From contig CAVSGO010000005.1 of the NCBI GenBank assembly GCA_963727525.1, forward strand, positions 512,001 to 576,000: a DNA stretch of 64,000 nucleotides, given 5' to 3'. Below the pieces are notes generated by a model that saw only the letters and a program-made list of their open reading frames with translations, searched no databases and had not been told where the DNA came from. Each line of letters starts with the position of its first letter. Position 1 is the stretch's first letter. A program made the position numbers and the translations under genes. The stretch is from an uncultured bacterium (GTDB lineage: Bacteria > Krumholzibacteriota > Krumholzibacteriia > LZORAL124-64-63). This document shows positions 56,575 through 64,000 of the stretch, piece by piece.

Positions 56575-59500
56575 TTACTCCAGAGCGCTCTCGGCCTCGG
56601 ACTCCAGATCGTACACGCCCGCTTCCTGCTGGACGGCGGACATGGCCTCGAGCTGCTCCACGGCGTCGAGGATATGAATGTCCTCGACCTCGGGATCTTC
56701 CACCGCCAGACCCTTGAACCGGTTCATACCGGTCCCGGCGGCGATGAGGTGCCCCATGATGACGTTCTCCTTCAAGCTCCGCAGCTCGTCGCGCTTGCTG
56801 CGGGTGGCCGCGTCGGTCAGCACCCGGGTCGTTTCCTGGAAACTGGCCGCACTGATGAAGGAATCCGTAGTCAGGCTCGCCTTGGTGATACCCAGCAGGA
56901 GCGGTTCGAAGGTCGCCGGTTCCAGCTCGGGCTCGCCGCGCTCGCGCAGCCTGGTATTCTGCTGCAGGATCTCGAGATTCGCCTCGTCCACGCCCTTCTT
57001 CGGCACCTGCTCGCCCTCGAGGAACGGCGTGTCGCCGGGGTTGAGGATCGCCACTTTCTGCAGCATGCGCGAGACGATGATCTCGATGTGCTTGTCGTTG
57101 ATCTTCACACCCTGCAGCCGGTAGACCTCCTGGATCGCGTTGACCAGATAGGTCTGCACGGCGCCGACACCCTTGATCGCCAGGATGTCCATCGGGTTGA
57201 TCGGACCCTCCGTGAGGCGGTCGCCGGCCACCACCCGCTCACCCTCGTAGGTGCGCACGTGCTTGCCGTGAGGGATCAGGTACTCCTTCTCCACACCGCT
57301 CTCGCCGCGTACCACGATTCGGCGCAGGCCGCGGGTCGTGCCACGGAACTCCACGACGCCGTCCAGTTCGGTGACGGTGGCCGTGTCGCGCGGGCGCCGG
57401 GCCTCGAAGAGCTCGGCCACACGCGGCAGACCGCCCGTGATGTCGCCACTCTGGGCCACCTCGCGCGGGATCTTCACCAGGTGCGTACCGGCCGACACCT
57501 CCTCGCCGTCCTGCACCAGCAGGAAGGCCCCGGTGGGGATGATGTACTCGCCCACCTTGCGGCCGCTCTTGGCAGCCACGATGCGGATGGCGGGGTGGAT
57601 GCCCTTGTCCATGGGCTCGGTGATCACCGGCTGCTTCATCTTCGAGCGTTCGTCGAGCTCCTCGCTCAGGCTGATGCCCGGGATGATGTCGACGTACTCC
57701 ACCACACCGACCTTCTCGCTCAGGATGTAGTCGGCGAACGGGTCCCACTCGAAGATCGGCGCGCCGGCTTCCACCTGTTGATTGGCGCCCGCCAGCACCT
57801 TGGCACCATATGGCAGCGTCATGTGGCTGCGCGTGGTCCCATCGCCCTTCACCAGCGAGATCTCGCCCTTGCGGCCGATCGAGATCATGTCGCCATGATC
57901 GTTCTTGACCAGCTTCACTTCCTTGTTGAACACGATCTTGCCCGCTGCAGCCGCACTCTTGACATTCTGCTCGACAATACGGCTCGCCGTACCACCGATG
58001 TGGAACGTCCGCAGAGTGAGCTGCGTGCCCGGCTCGCCGATCGACTGCGCCGCCATCACGCCCACCGGCTCGCCAATGTCCACCAGCTTGTCCTCGGCCA
58101 GGTTGTAGCCGTAGCACAGGGCGCAGACGCCGCGCTTGCTCTCGCAGGTGAGCACCGAACGCACGGTCACCAGCTCGACGCCCGCATCCTCGATGCGATC
58201 GGCGACCTCCTTGGTGATGAGCTGGCCGGCCTCCACGAGTACGTTGTCGTGCGCGTCGAACACGTCGTCGGCGGAAGAACGGCCGATGATGCGCTCGGAC
58301 AGGCCCTCGATCGTCTTCTCGCCTTCCTTCAGAGCCGACATGTCGATGCCGCGCAGCGTGCTGCAGTCGATCTCGTTGATCACGATATCCTGCGCCACGT
58401 CCACGAGACGGCGCGTCAGGTAACCGGCATCGGCCGTCTTGAGGGCCGTGTCGGCCAGTCCCTTGCGGGCGCCGTGCGTGGAGATGAAGTACTCGAGCAT
58501 CGTCAGACCCTCGCGGAAGTTCGCGATGATCGGCTGCTCGATGATCTCGCCGAAACCGCCCGTGATCTTCTTCTGCGGCTTGGCCATCAGACCGCGCATA
58601 CCCGCGAGCTGCTTGATCTGGTCGGCCGAGCCTCGCGCGCCCGACGCGTTCATCATGTACACCGGATTGAAGCCCTGGTCGTACTGCGCGAGATGGTCGA
58701 ACATGCGGTCGCGCACCTCATTGGTCACCTGCGTCCACTTGTCGATCACCTTGTTGTAGCGCTCGCGGTTGGTGATGATGCCCTTGCGGTGCTGGTCGAC
58801 GATGCCCTCCACCACCCGCTGCGCCTCGGAGATGATATCGAGCTTCTCGGGCGGGATGAGGATGTCGTCGATGCCGATCGAGATGCCGCCCTCGGTCGCA
58901 TGGTGGAAACCCAGTTCCTTGAGCCGGTCGAGGAAATTCATGCACGCCGTGGTGCCCAGGCGGTGGTGCACCTGGCCCACGATCTGCGCCAGCGGCTTCT
59001 TGCCGAGCGGACGGTTCACGAACTCCATGCCCACGGGCAGGATCTGGTTGAACATGAGGCGACCCACGGTGGTCTCCAACATGCCCGTCTCCGGGAACCG
59101 CACCTTGATGCGCGCGTGCTTGGTCACCAGGCCGGCGTCGTACGCCGCCAGCGCGTCGTCCGTGCCGGCGAAGATCTTCCCCTCGCCCCGGTCGCCGGTG
59201 CGGTCGAGCGTGAGGTAGTAGCAGCCGAGCACCATGTCCTGGCTCGGCGTGGCGATGGGCTCGCCGCTCGCCGGCGAGAGGATGTTCAGGGGCGACAGCA
59301 TGAGCAGCCGCGCCTCGAGCTGCGCCTCGTAGCCCAGCGGCACGTGCACGGCCATCTGGTCACCGTCGAAGTCGGCGTTGAACGCCGTACACACCAGCGG
59401 ATGGATGCGGATCGCCTTGCCCTCGATGAGCACCGGTTCGAAAGCCTGGATGCCCAGGCGGTGCAGCGTCGGGGCGCGGTTCAGCAGCACCGGGTGGTCG

Positions 59501-60747
59501 CGAATGATCTCCTCGAGGATGTCCCAGACCTCGGGGCGCTCCTGCTCCACGAGCTTCTTGGCGCTCTTGACGGTCTGGACGTATCCCTTCTCCTCCAGCT
59601 TGCGGATGATGAAGGGCTTGAACAGTTCCAGCGCCATGCTCTTGGGCAGGCCGCACTGGTAGAGCTTGAGCTCCGGTCCCACCACGATCACCGAACGGCC
59701 CGAGTAGTCGACGCGCTTGCCCAGCAGGTTCTGGCGGAAACGCCCCTTCTTGCCCTTGATCATGTCGCTGAGCGACTTCAGCGGCCGGTTGCCCTGCCCC
59801 TTCACCGCGCGCGACCGCCGGCCGTTGTCGAAGAGCGCGTCCACGGCCTCCTGCAGCATCCGCTTCTCGTTGCGCAGGATCACGCCGGGCGCCTTGATCT
59901 CGATGAGCTTCTTCAGGCGGTTGTTGCGATTGATCACGCGCCGATACAGGTCGTTCAGATCGCTCGTGGCGAAGCGCCCGCCATCCAGCGGCACCAGCGG
60001 TCGCAGATCGGGCGGCAGCACGGGCACGCAGTCGAGGATCATCCAGTCCGGCTGATTGTTCGACTGGCGGAACGCGTCCACGACCTTGAGCCGCTTGAGC
60101 TCCGACTTCTTGCGCTGTACCGACGTCTCGGTCTTGATCTTCCCGCGCAGGTCCTGGTCGAGAGCATCGAGGTCGAGACCGGCCAGCAGCGCACGGATCG
60201 CCTCGGCGCCCATGTCCATGGAGCACTCCCAGTCGGGGTGCTCCTCCTTCATCTCCCACCAGTCCTCGTCGCTGATGATGTCGCCGACCTTCATGTCGGT
60301 GTTGCCGGGATCCACGATCACGCTCGACTCGTAGTAGAGCACGCGCTCGAGATCCTTCAGCTTCATGTCCAGCAACTGACCGATGCGGCTGGGCAAGCCC
60401 TTGAAGAACCAGATGTGCGCGATGGGCACGGCCAGTTCGATGTGACCCAGCCGCTCGCGGCGCACCTTGCTCTGCGTCACTTCGACGCCGCACTTGTCGC
60501 AGACGATCCCGCGGAACCGGATGCGCTTGTACTTGCCGCAGTTGCACTCCCAGTCCTTCACGGGACCGAAGATGCGCTCACAGAAGAGCCCGTCCTTCTC
60601 CGGCTTGAAGGTCCGGTAATTGATCGTCTCCGGCTTCGTGACCTCGCCGTAGCTCCACTCCCGGATCTTGTCCGGCGACGCGAGCTGGATCAAGATCGCG
60701 CTGCTGTCCTGATGGCGGGTGTCGTCTCGCTGCCTCAGTCCGAGCAT
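56575..60747 (-). CDS. rpoC: RNA polymerase beta' subunit
   Basis: NADFDGDQM catalytic motif, Zn-finger, GEPGTQLT. Confidence 0.99.
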   Translation of the reverse strand: MLGLRQRDDTRHQDSSAILIQLASPDKIREWSYGEVTKPETINYRTFKPEKDGLFCERIFGPVKDWECNCGKYKRIRFRGIVCDKCGVEVTQSKVRRERLGHIELAVPIAHIWFFKGLPSRIGQLLDMKLKDLERVLYYESSVIVDPGNTDMKVGDIISDEDWWEMKEEHPDWECSMDMGAEAIRALLAGLDLDALDQDLRGKIKTETSVQRKKSELKRLKVVDAFRQSNNQPDWMILDCVPVLPPDLRPLVPLDGGRFATSDLNDLYRRVINRNNRLKKLIEIKAPGVILRNEKRMLQEAVDALFDNGRRSRAVKGQGNRPLKSLSDMIKGKKGRFRQNLLGKRVDYSGRSVIVVGPELKLYQCGLPKSMALELFKPFIIRKLEEKGYVQTVKSAKKLVEQERPEVWDILEEIIRDHPVLLNRAPTLHRLGIQAFEPVLIEGKAIRIHPLVCTAFNADFDGDQMAVHVPLGYEAQLEARLLMLSPLNILSPASGEPIATPSQDMVLGCYYLTLDRTGDRGEGKIFAGTDDALAAYDAGLVTKHARIKVRFPETGMLETTVGRLMFNQILPVGMEFVNRPLGKKPLAQIVGQVHHRLGTTACMNFLDRLKELGFHHATEGGISIGIDDILIPPEKLDIISEAQRVVEGIVDQHRKGIITNRERYNKVIDKWTQVTNEVRDRMFDHLAQYDQGFNPVYMMNASGARGSADQIKQLAGMRGLMAKPQKKITGGFGEIIEQPIIANFREGLTMLEYFISTHGARKGLADTALKTADAGYLTRRLVDVAQDIVINEIDCSTLRGIDMSALKEGEKTIEGLSERIIGRSSADDVFDAHDNVLVEAGQLITKEVADRIEDAGVELVTVRSVLTCESKRGVCALCYGYNLAEDKLVDIGEPVGVMAAQSIGEPGTQLTLRTFHIGGTASRIVEQNVKSAAAAGKIVFNKEVKLVKNDHGDMISIGRKGEISLVKGDGTTRSHMTLPYGAKVLAGANQQVEAGAPIFEWDPFADYILSEKVGVVEYVDIIPGISLSEELDERSKMKQPVITEPMDKGIHPAIRIVAAKSGRKVGEYIIPTGAFLLVQDGEEVSAGTHLVKIPREVAQSGDITGGLPRVAELFEARRPRDTATVTELDGVVEFRGTTRGLRRIVVRGESGVEKEYLIPHGKHVRTYEGERVVAGDRLTEGPINPMDILAIKGVGAVQTYLVNAIQEVYRLQGVKINDKHIEIIVSRMLQKVAILNPGDTPFLEGEQVPKKGVDEANLEILQQNTRLRERGEPELEPATFEPLLLGITKASLTTDSFISAASFQETTRVLTDAATRSKRDELRSLKENVIMGHLIAAGTGMNRFKGLAVEDPEVEDIHILDAVEQLEAMSAVQQEAGVYDLESEAESALE

Positions 60748-60796
60748 TGTCTATCCTCCTCGCCGACGCGCTCCACGCAACGTCGGCTGCGGGCGT

Positions 60797-64000
<3,204 letters not shown>

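Overview
High-GC bacterial chromosome segment. Multiple PNPFNP/FlgD-Ig-tailed secreted proteins and a C-terminal W-x-x-V-K-x-L-F tail suggest an FCB-group lineage such as Krumholzibacteriota/Latescibacterota (inference only). The right 28 kb (36.0-64 kb, minus strand) is the core rpoBC-str-S10-spc-alpha ribosomal superoperon; its EF-G has degenerate domain IV loops. The left 36 kb is accessory: PTS IIA, sulfatase-like hydrolase, NUDIX/STAS pair, AmmeMemo B-A fusion, an apparent sphingolipid operon (spt, ceramide synthase-like GNAT, ceramide reductase-like SDR, Aur1/IPC-synthase-like PAP2), metG, secreted proteins, an M23 peptidase, an ATP-grasp/GNAT/TPP/GT2 cluster, a GldA/F-G-like ABC system and fabH. 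The most striking signal is at 9.6-10.2 kb. Two tandem small minus-strand genes (a 49-aa membrane peptide absent from the ORF track and an FmdB-type zinc ribbon) each have an in-frame TGA near a Cys, followed 21-23 nt later by a hairpin with the same C(GGA)G apical loop. This looks like a two-gene selenoprotein operon with a shared SECIS motif. A promoter-driven candidate sRNA with an anti-Shine-Dalgarno-like loop converges on it. No CRISPR array, tRNA, rRNA or mobile element was seen.
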